A DNA stretch of 64,000 nucleotides from Candidatus Omnitrophota bacterium (GCA_013287965.1 JABDCU010000007.1:440-64439), one strand, 5' to 3'; positions 1 to 10,035 are shown, counted from the first letter of the stretch. Notes: generated by a model from the sequence alone, not told the origin. Numbers and translations: made by a program.

Positions 1-3000
1 CTTAAACTTCGGACTGCTTTCTTCTAGAACTGAAGATTTTGGATCATATAATTCTAAAATACTCTTTTTGTTCAACGTTAACGAACTTCCTGCTTGTATA
101 TTCTTCGCATTCAACGGTTTACCTTCAATCCAAATAGTAAACTTTTCCAACATTTTACCACCATATTGCAGTTCTAAAAGAAATTCCCCAACACCAATTG
201 AGAACGCTTGACCATCATAAACCGGCATCGAAACGCTTTCATTATGTAATAGCGTCCCCTCCTTTTCCAAATCTTCTAAACTCATCATCGCCGCGTCTTT
301 CTTCTGTGGGATTGTCATGGCACTGTCCACATGCAAAGGATTTTCTGCTAAGATTTGGATCAGCGGTTTCAAATTCTCTGCCTGACGCTTAGTGTCCTCG
401 TCAAAAACCTGCAATGCCTCTTGGGCGTCATGCACTCGGGATTTACGCAACTCCGGATCACGCATCAGATCAACCAAGGATTGTTTCTGAAATAATCCGA
501 CCTTACCGGTTTTAATGAGACGCTCCTGCACCTCTCTGTTATTGCCCCAATGCCCTTCATCAAAGGTCAACACAGGAACTCCTTGCACAACAGCTTCAGG
601 CAGGTTGCGATCCTGGCCGACAACCGCCATGGTCGCAATACCATAAAATTTCGTAAGCTCCCCGCCTGTATTCAAAAAAAGAATATCTTTATCAGATAGA
701 TCAAGCGTCTCTCCCGATAGATTACGCTCTTGGACACGGCTATGATCGGTGATACGGTCATCTTTCTTCCAATCATAAAAGGTGCCTTTTCCCAGGCGAT
801 ACCTCATGGCGGCAACCAAAAGCGGGCGTTGAGAAGCAGGTACATCTTTATACAGATCATTAAAAACATCCAAAACACGATGGAATTCTGAGGTTTCCAG
901 CGATCCCAGAACAATGACCTGCCGTTCCCCAATACCAAGCTCTTTGCGCAACTGGCTGCGCTCTTCTGAAGAAATGACCACAGGACTGGATGTCTTAAAA
1001 GGATAATAGGGAATGTTTGTGTAAATATGCTCACCATCTAATTTGCTGCCAAGTTGAAAATCCGTAAAACGAAAAAGAATTAGATCATTATATTCCGCCT
1101 CCTCGCGATATGGTCCATGGTCGGTAAATTCCTTCATATCTGGCTTAGACATGTCTTCCTTAGTGATTTCTTTATGGTAAAGGACCCTAACATCATTTCC
1201 TGACAGGCCTAAACTCTTAACAAAGCCCCGGGCCGCATTAAGGGAAGCTCGCTCATAGACGATCAGCCCTATTTTTTTACCGGCTTCTTTTGTACCCAAA
1301 CCCGCGATCCCCCGCACATCATCCCATCGGCCCAGACGGGCTAAGCCCACGATTGCCAGAGTTCGCAAAGTCGATGCGGTGTTACTATGCGCAATGGAAG
1401 AAACCACTTCCTCCAACCCTGGATCCCATTGCGCATTCCCCCCCAAATCAGCATTAAATATCAGCAGCATAGAGAATATTTTTAACTTTTCTGAATACCT
1501 GTCAGACCTTAATATGGATTCAAATTTAGGAAGATTCTCTTTTCTGGAAAGTTGCGTTGTCGGGGTCAAATAAAAAAGCGACTTAAAAATCTCAGACATA
1601 AGACGCTCTTTAAGGACCATTGGTATATTCGGGTCCTGGATAAATTCAAAGAAATAATCGACCTTCTTAAGTTCGGATATGGTGGTCATTGATGAACGAT
1701 GTGCCCAGCTCTCATATTGGGACACATTCATCATCATTTTGGTGAATACTTCCTTGGCCGCCGCTATTTTTGATGTCTCTGGCACATCATTATTGTTGTA
1801 TATTTTTCTGAATGTCTCTAGAGCTTCTTTATACTCTTGTTCCGTGCTTGTCATCATCGCCGCATCGGGAAAATAAATTAAAGTAGTGCTGCCGTCCATA
1901 TATTCAATGACATGCAGCACGGAATTCTTTCGCGCCATGCCTTTAATTCCTGATGGAGTATGCTTATCATCCACCACCGTGCGAGGAATAGTGCCGGACG
2001 GATGGTACACAGTAAGGACCGTTTGTTGTGGATCGGGCCATTTCTCAAATTGATTATTGACTTCTCCTGCCCCTTGATACAACCGTGGAGGATCTTTGAC
2101 GGTAGCAATCTTTTTTACGAAGTCCAGCACTTGATCTGAAGTCAGGTTCATTGATTTTATACCGGAAATGACCTGATCTTGGATCACTCCTGCCACCGTC
2201 GTCATCGCCCAATTTAATTCTTCTTTTGCCCTCCTCTTCAATTCTTTACTCACCACTGATAGCGGCGGAAGCCCGCGCAGCTCTCTTTTAATCTCTGATA
2301 ATTCACCATTTAATTGCAATTTCTTGGCAGGGTTAATATTTAATATTGAATTTAAGGCTTCCACCTGTACAACAAATTTCATTAAAGATCGCTTGTCGCT
2401 CTTTGGGATAGCACGTAATGCATTTATATAATCCGTATACCCATAATACGTAAGAAGTCTCTCTATCTTATTTTTAACCCCGTCCTTCTTTTTAATCCCG
2501 CCAGATTTTTTAATGGTAACTAAATTTGCAGTCATAAGACCCTTGCCTTCTTCCGGGATTTCAGATTCAGGCCTCTCCAACACTACCATCGCCGCGTTTT
2601 TCTGAAATAAAATACGTCTTTTTTGCTCCATATTACTATCATCCACTTTACTCACCGCTTCATAGACAGGTTTTAGCTTTTCAAGCAAAGCTTTTCTCGC
2701 CTGCAGTGTTGAAACATCAAATCTAAACGTAGCACTGTGTGGCTTATTGACGATCTTCCATGAATCTCTGTATATAAATTTATTCAACATAAAACTTATT
2801 TTGCTCGTTATGCCACGATTATAAACCCCAACATCTTGGGCCCCCATTGCATCCAATCGTGCCTTTAAGCTGGGCATCAGCCTTGGGCCATATTTTTTTG
2901 TTTCCTGAACAAGTAAAGGAGAATCTAAAGAAATATATTTTATGTTATAGAATCTCTGGTCCTTATCCCAATTAACAAGTAAATTGTAAATGACCTTTAC

Positions 3001-4590
3001 CACATCTTCCATAATGAGCGGATATGCATTCCTCTGTTGACTTGCCAATCCCTTCAAATTTAAAATAATATGCATTCCTAAAGAATTATTTTTATCCCGA
3101 GTGACCACGGCATAACGGCCAACCTTTGTTTCACTAAAATTTCTGCTTATAAAATCAGATTCATAATTTAAATACATATAAGTAAAAATCAATGTAGCTA
3201 TAATATCTGCCTGCTTGGCGGCACTGTCCCCAATGACAAAACTCGACAAGACGGCCACAACTGTTGTAGATAAAAAAATTGCTGACGTACCAACCCCTGA
3301 AGCAACGGCACATGCCACCAATCTGGTTGGATAAGACTTTGCCCAGGCACGCATCTTCCACTTCAACGAGACAGTTTTGTTTTCTTGATTGTCATTAGTC
3401 ATCGCCGCGTTGACCGACCTGTTCGAAGATTCTAAATTCACCATAGCGCTATCCATATCACCGCTTATCATGGCATTGTTGATCTCTTGCGCTCCTTTAA
3501 AATCCTGGGGGCTATTGCGTAAAGCTATCTCACTTTTGATATCTTGCAAATTAGCTGACAAGTGTGATACATACCCGCCAGAAAAATACTTCCTGGGGAT
3601 TATTTCCTGCGTGATGGGGTCTTGCTCTTCCTTAATATAGTTGAACACGCCTTTCTTGAATGCCCTCAAGTATTGCTGATAGATCTTTCCATTCGCGCTC
3701 TCATCTTGCTGGTTAATGCCTTTGACCTTGGCTTGGTCCACATATATCTTGCCCAGCAAACTTGTCCTTAGCGCCTTCTTATACCAAGTTGCCAAGATCA
3801 GGGCCTCATTGATCTGGCGCAACTTGGCAAAATTCTTGCCTTCGTTGACTTCTTTTTCAAGAGCGGGTAAAACAATTTCACGAACGATATTAGCCCCTAT
3901 TAAGGCGGTTTCGTTACGGGTAGCCAAAGGCAACCCGGAGCTGTGCTTTTGCATCGACAAGTAATCCTGCTCCAGCATGACCTTCATCTTGCTGTGCACG
4001 ATCAGCACGGTATTCTCATGTTCGTAAACAGTGGCTTCACTGGGGATGATCCATACTTTATTAAATGTGTTGATAGGAATATTGGTGGTGCCGTATTTCT
4101 TGGCAGCTTGCTCATACACCCTCTTCCAAAACTTCCGGCCGAATTCATCTTCAGGATAGATCAAGGAAGCAGTGATTTGCTTGAGCATATAATCCTGGCC
4201 CAGCAGGTCACGGCCCATTTCCGTCATGGCAAAATCCGAAGGGATGATCCTCTGCTTTTCATAGGGGGAAAGATTCACCCACAGGTCTTTTTCGGGAATG
4301 GTCAAACAGGTCAGGAAATATTTAATGATCTTGTTATATTCCTCTTTCTTTTGCCCGACAGCTAATGGCAGGTCCCCTTTTTGGACAAGAAAGTCAAATT
4401 GCAAAGGATTTTCAGGATGGATGACAATACCCTTGAGAATAGGCGGCATGAATTCCGGACTTAAGGCCACACGGACACCAGGTTTGGGCAGGACCAAGGC
4501 CTCCTGGGCATGCAAAGGCGCTACCATCGTTGCCGTAAAGGCAGCGATAATTAAGGCATTTATATATGAACGGAACATGGGGTCCCTCAT
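1..4590 (-). CDS. Giant secreted multidomain protein, C-terminally truncated by the window edge (>1530 aa); paralogue of 28607..31390
   Basis: Not in the ORF track. I scanned every plus-strand triplet in this frame from 1 to 4683 and found no tta/cta/tca until the tca at 4684-4686, which is the in-frame upstream stop. The first ATG is at 4590. The N-terminus MRDPMFRSYINALIIAAFTATMVAPLHAQE looks like a signal peptide. The first ~340 aa are roughly 60% identical by eye to the 927-aa protein. A hydrophobic segment follows (LVACAVASGVGTSAIFLSTTVVAVL). A GT-B-like segment lies near 400..1000 (NLPEAVVQGVPVL). Confidence 0.85.
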   Translation of the reverse strand, partial: MRDPMFRSYINALIIAAFTATMVAPLHAQEALVLPKPGVRVALSPEFMPPILKGIVIHPENPLQFDFLVQKGDLPLAVGQKKEEYNKIIKYFLTCLTIPEKDLWVNLSPYEKQRIIPSDFAMTEMGRDLLGQDYMLKQITASLIYPEDEFGRKFWKRVYEQAAKKYGTTNIPINTFNKVWIIPSEATVYEHENTVLIVHSKMKVMLEQDYLSMQKHSSGLPLATRNETALIGANIVREIVLPALEKEVNEGKNFAKLRQINEALILATWYKKALRTSLLGKIYVDQAKVKGINQQDESANGKIYQQYLRAFKKGVFNYIKEEQDPITQEIIPRKYFSGGYVSHLSANLQDIKSEIALRNSPQDFKGAQEINNAMISGDMDSAMVNLESSNRSVNAAMTNDNQENKTVSLKWKMRAWAKSYPTRLVACAVASGVGTSAIFLSTTVVAVLSSFVIGDSAAKQADIIATLIFTYMYLNYESDFISRNFSETKVGRYAVVTRDKNNSLGMHIILNLKGLASQQRNAYPLIMEDVVKVIYNLLVNWDKDQRFYNIKYISLDSPLLVQETKKYGPRLMPSLKARLDAMGAQDVGVYNRGITSKISFMLNKFIYRDSWKIVNKPHSATFRFDVSTLQARKALLEKLKPVYEAVSKVDDSNMEQKRRILFQKNAAMVVLERPESEIPEEGKGLMTANLVTIKKSGGIKKKDGVKNKIERLLTYYGYTDYINALRAIPKSDKRSLMKFVVQVEALNSILNINPAKKLQLNGELSEIKRELRGLPPLSVVSKELKRRAKEELNWAMTTVAGVIQDQVISGIKSMNLTSDQVLDFVKKIATVKDPPRLYQGAGEVNNQFEKWPDPQQTVLTVYHPSGTIPRTVVDDKHTPSGIKGMARKNSVLHVIEYMDGSTTLIYFPDAAMMTSTEQEYKEALETFRKIYNNNDVPETSKIAAAKEVFTKMMMNVSQYESWAHRSSMTTISELKKVDYFFEFIQDPNIPMVLKERLMSEIFKSLFYLTPTTQLSRKENLPKFESILRSDRYSEKLKIFSMLLIFNADLGGNAQWDPGLEEVVSSIAHSNTASTLRTLAIVGLARLGRWDDVRGIAGLGTKEAGKKIGLIVYERASLNAARGFVKSLGLSGNDVRVLYHKEITKEDMSKPDMKEFTDHGPYREEAEYNDLILFRFTDFQLGSKLDGEHIYTNIPYYPFKTSSPVVISSEERSQLRKELGIGERQVIVLGSLETSEFHRVLDVFNDLYKDVPASQRPLLVAAMRYRLGKGTFYDWKKDDRITDHSRVQERNLSGETLDLSDKDILFLNTGGELTKFYGIATMAVVGQDRNLPEAVVQGVPVLTFDEGHWGNNREVQERLIKTGKVGLFQKQSLVDLMRDPELRKSRVHDAQEALQVFDEDTKRQAENLKPLIQILAENPLHVDSAMTIPQKKDAAMMSLEDLEKEGTLLHNESVSMPVYDGQAFSIGVGEFLLELQYGGKMLEKFTIWIEGKPLNAKNIQAGSSLTLNKKSILELYDPKSSVLEESSPKFK

Positions 4591-4657
4591 ATATAAAGTA
4601 TGCAATGGATTTAGGTGAAAAACAAGGCCTGGAGGGCACTTTTGAGAAAGCGCTTTC

Positions 4658-4822
4658 TCAATGCAGATTTTTAGCGGGGACCTTCACAACTTTTCCATCT
4701 TTCCAAATAATCAATGGCTGACCTCGCAATTTACGTTCAGCAATGACATTCTTGACAGCACGACGCATGGCTTTAACAGCTTGGGCCAACATTACAGAAT
4801 CATTTTTGCCATTTTTCATCAT
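4658..4822 (-). CDS. Small hypothetical protein (54 aa), possibly translationally coupled to the zeta-like gene
   Basis: Below the track's 60-aa cut-off. Its ATG at 4822 overlaps the TAA of the upstream gene (TAATG). Translation: MMKNGKNDSVMLAQAVKAMRRAVKNVIAERKLRGQPLIIWKDGKVVKVPAKNLH. Confidence 0.4.
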   Translation of the reverse strand: MMKNGKNDSVMLAQAVKAMRRAVKNVIAERKLRGQPLIIWKDGKVVKVPAKNLH

Positions 4823-5385
4823 TATTCTCCGGTAAACGAACTATAGTACTCTTTGTTGATAATTTTAACACGTCCTTGATCTTGTTGGGCAATTTCTTCC
4901 GGTTTTCCGCTGGCGTTATCAAATAAAAGCCAGGAATTACATAAAGGTCTATAAAGCTTTAAGAAATTTTCTCTACTGCGTTGAAATCTGCGTTTAACAT
5001 CTTCAAACGGAACGTCATGCCCGCCATCCTTAACGCGTTGTTTGATCCGCTCCCGGGCTAATTTAACATCCGGTATCCATAAAAAGAAGATCGTTACTGA
5101 ATATCCACGACGTCTTACATCACTAATAAGGGAAACATACGAGCGTCCCGCTAAGGTTGACTCAAATGCAAAATCAGATTTTTGATGGATAAATTCCCTA
5201 ACTTGTCCAAGCAATAATTTGCCCGCCTTGATGCTCATATTTGACGGAGAAAATGGTGATAGTCCCGCAGCAATTAGGTCCGCATTCACAAAATTTGAAC
5301 ATTTTGCATAATGCGGCAAGAATTCTTTGGCAAATGTGGTCTTACCAGCCCCGTTAGGGCCGGCAATGATATAAAGCTTAGGCAT
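4822..5385 (-). CDS. Zeta-toxin-like P-loop kinase/ATPase
   Basis: Walker A motif GPNGAGKTT at the N-terminus. The size (187 aa) and layout are typical of the zeta toxin / COG4185 family. Confidence 0.7.
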   Translation of the reverse strand: MPKLYIIAGPNGAGKTTFAKEFLPHYAKCSNFVNADLIAAGLSPFSPSNMSIKAGKLLLGQVREFIHQKSDFAFESTLAGRSYVSLISDVRRRGYSVTIFFLWIPDVKLARERIKQRVKDGGHDVPFEDVKRRFQRSRENFLKLYRPLCNSWLLFDNASGKPEEIAQQDQGRVKIINKEYYSSFTGE

Positions 5386-5430
5386 GTGAATAGTTTAACA
5401 TTACTGACGGACCGAAACAAGCAGGCTTCT

Positions 5431-5856
5431 CTATTCTTCCCACGCGATGTCTTCCGCGGATGTGGCCGCGGCCGTTTGGGTTTCCATCGGCCTGTCAGAG
5501 GACACGGCTGGCTGCGGCTCCTCGGCATTATTTTGCCTCTTGGGCATAAAATGAACGGCATTCGCCGTGATCCGCACGCGGCTCTGGGCCTTGCCGTCCT
5601 TCTCCCAGCGGTCTTGGCGCAAACGGCCTTCCACAATAATACCGCTTCCTTTGGTCAAATATTTGGAACAGTTTTCCGCAGCAAGCCCCCAGACTTCAAC
5701 GTCAAAATAGGAAACTTCGGTCACTTTCTCGCCGTTCTTGGTGTACACGCGATTGTTGGCGATGGAGAGACTGCATACTGATTTTCCCGAAGGAATATAT
5801 TTCATTTCCGGGTCCCGCGTCAAATTACCCATAATATTCACGCTGTTTAAGCTCAT
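5431..5856 (-). CDS. ssb: Single-stranded DNA-binding protein
   Basis: OB-fold signature NIMGNLTRDPEMKY...FDVEVWG...IIVEGRLRQDRWE, followed by a low-complexity acidic tail. Confidence 0.9.
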   Translation of the reverse strand: MSLNSVNIMGNLTRDPEMKYIPSGKSVCSLSIANNRVYTKNGEKVTEVSYFDVEVWGLAAENCSKYLTKGSGIIVEGRLRQDRWEKDGKAQSRVRITANAVHFMPKRQNNAEEPQPAVSSDRPMETQTAAATSAEDIAWEE

Positions 5857-5876
5857 AAATTTTTCCTTTCTTGAAA

Positions 5877-6734
5877 TTAGTGAATGTTCTTTTGCCCTTG
5901 TTTTGGTAAAAAATTTTGTTTTGAAATGACCTTCGTGCCAGTCTGTTGTTCAATGTCTTTCCATGTTCTTCCGGCAACCGCCCCTCCATCTTTGGCATCT
6001 TTTTGCAAATGAAAAACCCCCTGCGAATCTCTGTCTTGAGTGATCCTGGTAGTTGCCGCCTCGCCTAACATGGTGATGATCAGTTCCAAGTCCGTCATAT
6101 GGTCCCGTAAATTCTGCCTCTTAAGGGCTTTGTGTTTCTTATAATCATCCACCTTCATGTCAAACGCGCCCTGCATGATCTCATTGGTAAGGATTGCGTA
6201 ATCCTGATCTGTGCCGGCACCCCGGCCATCCCATTCATCCGTTAATTTCTGGCGCACAGCAATACCGCGCAGACGTTTTTCTATCCAATCTTTGGGATAG
6301 CCTTTTTTCTCATACAGGGCCTTGGTCCTTTGCATACCAAGTTCCGGATTCTCAATTTCATCCAAACGTTCCTTGGCAACTCTCGCAAGCCACTGCTTAA
6401 ATGGCTCAGCTTTCTTAGATGGAATTGATTGAATAATGCGGAACACCCCTTCAGCATTAGCACAATCTGTCTGATAATATTTACCATCCGAAGACTTCAA
6501 TTTGAGTTGTCGACAAATTGTCGACAACTCAATTCCTGCTTCATCCTTTTCCCTAACCTTCATTTTATACCAATAATCACGCGGATTGTCACTGTCTGTC
6601 AATACCGCAACAACGTCAATGACAGAAAACCACCATTCACCGGAAACAAAAATCTTACGTACCTGTCGGCCTTTAAAAACAGCTATTTTGGTCATTTCTT
6701 CTGATTTCATAAGAGCATCTCCGATTTTATCCAC
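5877..6734 (-). CDS. BRO-N domain protein, DinD-like (DNA-damage-inducible protein D family)
   Basis: The N-terminus (VFKGRQVRKIFVSGEWWFSVIDVVAVL) resembles a BRO-N domain. The gene lies directly downstream of lexA. Confidence 0.7.
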   Translation of the reverse strand: MDKIGDALMKSEEMTKIAVFKGRQVRKIFVSGEWWFSVIDVVAVLTDSDNPRDYWYKMKVREKDEAGIELSTICRQLKLKSSDGKYYQTDCANAEGVFRIIQSIPSKKAEPFKQWLARVAKERLDEIENPELGMQRTKALYEKKGYPKDWIEKRLRGIAVRQKLTDEWDGRGAGTDQDYAILTNEIMQGAFDMKVDDYKKHKALKRQNLRDHMTDLELIITMLGEAATTRITQDRDSQGVFHLQKDAKDGGAVAGRTWKDIEQQTGTKVISKQNFLPKQGQKNIH

Positions 6735-6788
6735 ACTTTTTTACCTGTTTTTGCTTCCAATTTCAGTCGGTTACATTTTGTAACCAAC

Positions 6789-7418
6789 TCACTCATCAAA
6801 ATCCGGGATTACCGTTACCACCACACCCTGTATCTGAAAATCTTTGGTCAGGACAATAGACTGGTGCTGTTTGTTTTTTGATCTTGGGGCTAGAACAAAT
6901 GTTTCAGCGCCTATGCGGAATTCTTTAATGGTGGCTTCATCATCAATGAGGGCCACCACCGTGTCCCCGTTTTGAGCAGTTGTCTGCTGGCGCACTAAAA
7001 CCAAGTCGCCATCATTAATGCCCTTCTGGTCCATCGAATCACCACGGGCCTTGAGCAAAAAATACCGGTACGGCGGCCGGGCCAGCTTTGTACTGACCGA
7101 GATCATCCCCTGGATGTTCTCTTCTGCTAACATCGGCGTCCCACAAGCAACCATCCCTATTAAAGGAACATCAATTGTCTGGGCCCGCGTGGTATCTTCC
7201 GCTAAATTCCTGGTAAATTGCAAGCCCCCATCCACTTTACGGCGCAATATGCCTTTTTTGATCAACTTATTGACAATTAAAGAAGCTGAGCGGGGAGAAC
7301 GATAGCCAAGGGAACTCATCAGTTCACGCATGGTAGGAATGCGGCCAACGTGCATGAGGGAATTACGGATTTCACGAATTGCTTCTGATTCTTTACCGGT
7401 TATTCTTTCTGCGGACAT
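6789..7418 (-). CDS. lexA: LexA repressor (S24 peptidase)
   Basis: N-terminal winged HTH, cleavage region VACG, catalytic GDSM, and Lys in ATIKEF. Confidence 0.9.
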   Translation of the reverse strand: MSAERITGKESEAIREIRNSLMHVGRIPTMRELMSSLGYRSPRSASLIVNKLIKKGILRRKVDGGLQFTRNLAEDTTRAQTIDVPLIGMVACGTPMLAEENIQGMISVSTKLARPPYRYFLLKARGDSMDQKGINDGDLVLVRQQTTAQNGDTVVALIDDEATIKEFRIGAETFVLAPRSKNKQHQSIVLTKDFQIQGVVVTVIPDFDE

Positions 7419-7428
7419 TTTATTTCAC

Positions 7429-7442
7429 CTGTTTGTATACAG
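7429..7442 (-). promoter_or_regulatory. Candidate LexA (SOS) box upstream of lexA
   Basis: CTGTTTGTATACAG (CTG-N8-CAG imperfect palindrome) lies 11 nt upstream of the lexA ATG. Confidence 0.4.
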
Positions 7443-7476
7443 TATTATACAAGACAGATACTTTGTCAATAATTTT

Positions 7477-8415
7477 TTATTGACGCTTTAGGGAAAAATA
7501 TTTTCGCGTGAGGACTTCGTCTTTTTGGATCTGTTTGACCAATTCCTGCGGGCTGGAGAATTTCTTTTCGCTGCGGACCTTCTTTAAAAATTGCACTTCT
7601 AAACGTTTGCCATAAAGATTCTTTGAAAAATCAAGGACATGGACTTCCAGATGCAGTTGGGAAACCTGTTTTTCAAACGAAGGTCTTGTACCGATATTGG
7701 CCATGGCGGGATATTCTTTTTTCCCTACCCAAACTTTAACGACGTACACACCTTGCGGCGGCAAAATGTCCGCTTCATAAGCAATATTGGCTGTGGGGAA
7801 ACCCAAACCTTTGCCGCGCTTGGCACCCTTGACAACAGCTCCGGAAACAGACACCGGCCTTCCCAAAAGCCGTGCCGCCTCCTTCAATTTTCCTGTCCCT
7901 ATCAATTGGCGGATACGGGTCGAGCTGATAACTTCCCGTCCCTGTTTAAGCGCGGACACAGGATGCATTTCATACCCGCATTCCAAGGCCAACTTTTGAA
8001 ATAAAGCAATGTCCCCGCTTCTGTCCTTACCGAAATGGAAATCTTGGCCGACAAACACGGCCTTGACCCCTAATTTTTTGACCAAAATGTCCTGGATGAA
8101 TTTTTGCGGCTGGATCTTGGCGAAAGAACGGTTAAATGGCACCACCAAACAAGCGGCAACACCCAAACTTTCAAGCAGGCGAAACCGGTCTTCAAGAGAA
8201 GTTAAATACCCCAATTTCAGATCAGGACGAAGGACATGGGCCGGATGAGGGAAAAAAGTGATGACAATGGGCTTAGCACTAAGCCTGCGGGCGGCGCTCA
8301 GCATCTTTTTGATCAGATACTGATGCCCGCGATGCACCCCGTCAAAAATACCGATGGCCGCACAGGTCTTTTTCAAATACAGTTTAGAATTTCCAACTAA
8401 GGATATGACCTTCAT
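7477..8415 (-). CDS. ribF: Bifunctional riboflavin kinase / FMN adenylyltransferase
   Basis: IGIFDGVHRGHQ motif and a C-terminal riboflavin kinase domain (PTANI...GVY). Confidence 0.9.
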   Translation of the reverse strand: MKVISLVGNSKLYLKKTCAAIGIFDGVHRGHQYLIKKMLSAARRLSAKPIVITFFPHPAHVLRPDLKLGYLTSLEDRFRLLESLGVAACLVVPFNRSFAKIQPQKFIQDILVKKLGVKAVFVGQDFHFGKDRSGDIALFQKLALECGYEMHPVSALKQGREVISSTRIRQLIGTGKLKEAARLLGRPVSVSGAVVKGAKRGKGLGFPTANIAYEADILPPQGVYVVKVWVGKKEYPAMANIGTRPSFEKQVSQLHLEVHVLDFSKNLYGKRLEVQFLKKVRSEKKFSSPQELVKQIQKDEVLTRKYFSLKRQ

Positions 8416-9076
8416 TCAAATTTTCCATTGTCACGGCGTCAGCGATATCAAAAGGCCCCACCTTGGTGCGTTCGATCTGGGAAATACACGCGCCGCAGCC
8501 TAAAACCTCACCGACATCCTCAGCCAATTGGCGCACATATGTCCCTTTGGAACAGCTCATCAAAAATTCCACATCCGGCATCCGGCATTTCAAAATGCGT
8601 AACTCATCAATGCGTACCTTGCGGGCGGTGCGCTCGACTTCTATACCTTGACGGGCAATTTTGTACAAACGCTCGCCTTTATACTTGACCGCGGAAACCA
8701 TCGGCGGCTTTTGCTCGATGTCCCCGGTAAATTGCACAAAAACTTTCCTGACCGCTTCCTCATCAATACCCTCATAAGGCCTTTCCTGCAAGGTCTTACC
8801 CATGATATCCGCGGTCGTAGTTTTAAGGCCCAAACGCAAGGTCGCCCGGTACGTTTTATCAAAAGCTACAAATTTATCGGAAAGCTTTGTCGCTTTGCCC
8901 ACCAAAACAACCAAAACCCCGGTTGCCATGGGATCCAAGGTCCCCGCATGGCCCACCTGGCGCATTTTAAATGTACGGCGGACAAAGCCCACCACGTCGT
9001 GAGAGGTGATGCCCGCGGGTTTATTGACGAGCACTATCCCTTGAAAAGAATTTTGTACAGCGGCTTGGAATTTCAT
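8384..9076 (-). CDS. truB: tRNA pseudouridine(55) synthase
   Basis: GIVLVNKPAGITSHDVV and GHAGTLDPMATGVL (catalytic Asp). Confidence 0.9.
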   Translation of the reverse strand: MKFQAAVQNSFQGIVLVNKPAGITSHDVVGFVRRTFKMRQVGHAGTLDPMATGVLVVLVGKATKLSDKFVAFDKTYRATLRLGLKTTTADIMGKTLQERPYEGIDEEAVRKVFVQFTGDIEQKPPMVSAVKYKGERLYKIARQGIEVERTARKVRIDELRILKCRMPDVEFLMSCSKGTYVRQLAEDVGEVLGCGACISQIERTKVGPFDIADAVTMENLNEGHILSWKF

Positions 9077-10035
9077 AATTGTTGATGGATGGCCCGGCAG
9101 ATCGTTTTTTGCGCCTGGGCCAACGGTTCATAAACTTTACAGCCGGCGGCTTTTTTATGCCCGCCCCCGTCGAATCGCTGGGCCAAACTGGCCACATCAA
9201 AGCTGTTCTGACTGCGCAAATTGACCCGTATTTCTTTAGGACCTAATTCAGTCAAGATCGCCACCACCTCAATGCCTTCGATCGAACGTAAAAAGGTGAA
9301 TAGCTTATCTTTGAGGTCAAAGCTTTTTGAAAAACGCTCTGCCACTCTTTTAGGCAAGGACACGCAAAAAAGCCTGTTACCGTCAAGCAATTGGGCATTA
9401 TGGATGACATCTGTAAACATCTTCATGTCCGCCACCGGGATGCCCACATAAAGACGGTCATACATACGGGCCGCGGAGAATTTAAAAGCCATTAATTCTT
9501 CAACCACCGCGTGGCTGTGCGCCGAGGTGTTCTCATAACGGAACGACCCTGTGTCTGTCATGATGCCCGCGTAAAGAAGCATGGCTATATTTTTATTAAG
9601 GGGATGCTTGGCTTCTTTTAATAGGTCAAAGATCATCTCACAGGTGGAAGATGCTTTTGATTGGACCACATTGATGTTTCCGAACTTATCATTGGTCACA
9701 TGATGGTCGATGTTGATCAAAGGTTTGCCCTTTTGAATAAATTTCACCACCTCGCCCGCGCGCTTCAAGTCACCGCAGTCGAGCACGATGGCCGCTTCAT
9801 GATCCACTTTTTTGACATCACCGGCTTTTTTCAAAATAGAAGTCCCTGGCAAAAATTTAAGCCAATCCGGGCAGGCATTTTCATTAAGCACATGGACCTG
9901 TTTGCCCTTGGATTCCAAAAACATCGCCATCACCAGCGCGGAACACAGGGCGTCAGCATCAGGGTTATGGTGTGTTGTCACCAGGAATTTCCGGTAGCGG
10001 CGGATGATATCTAAGACACTCTTATAATGTTTCAT
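9073..10035 (-). CDS. nrnA: DHH/DHHA1 phosphoesterase (NrnA-like oligoribonuclease / pAp phosphatase)
   Basis: HHNPDADALCS, DHH and GGGHKKAAG motifs. It sits in the rbfA-truB neighbourhood. Confidence 0.8.
   Translation of the reverse strand: MKHYKSVLDIIRRYRKFLVTTHHNPDADALCSALVMAMFLESKGKQVHVLNENACPDWLKFLPGTSILKKAGDVKKVDHEAAIVLDCGDLKRAGEVVKFIQKGKPLINIDHHVTNDKFGNINVVQSKASSTCEMIFDLLKEAKHPLNKNIAMLLYAGIMTDTGSFRYENTSAHSHAVVEELMAFKFSAARMYDRLYVGIPVADMKMFTDVIHNAQLLDGNRLFCVSLPKRVAERFSKSFDLKDKLFTFLRSIEGIEVVAILTELGPKEIRVNLRSQNSFDVASLAQRFDGGGHKKAAGCKVYEPLAQAQKTICRAIHQQL

Noticed and set aside
1-4640. A 4.6-kb stretch with only short ORFs in the supplied track. I first read this as a pseudogene graveyard, non-coding DNA or stop-codon reassignment.
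   Set aside because: A manual triplet scan of the minus-strand frame shows no stop from 4683 down to base 1. The ORF is simply open-ended at the window edge, and its product is clearly homologous to the 927-aa protein. The standard code suffices.
5286-5781. Long overlapping ORFs (116 aa on the minus strand, 156 aa on the plus strand) across the ssb locus.
   Set aside because: They are Arg/Pro-rich shadow frames of the GC-rich ssb gene. ssb itself has a clear OB-fold signature.
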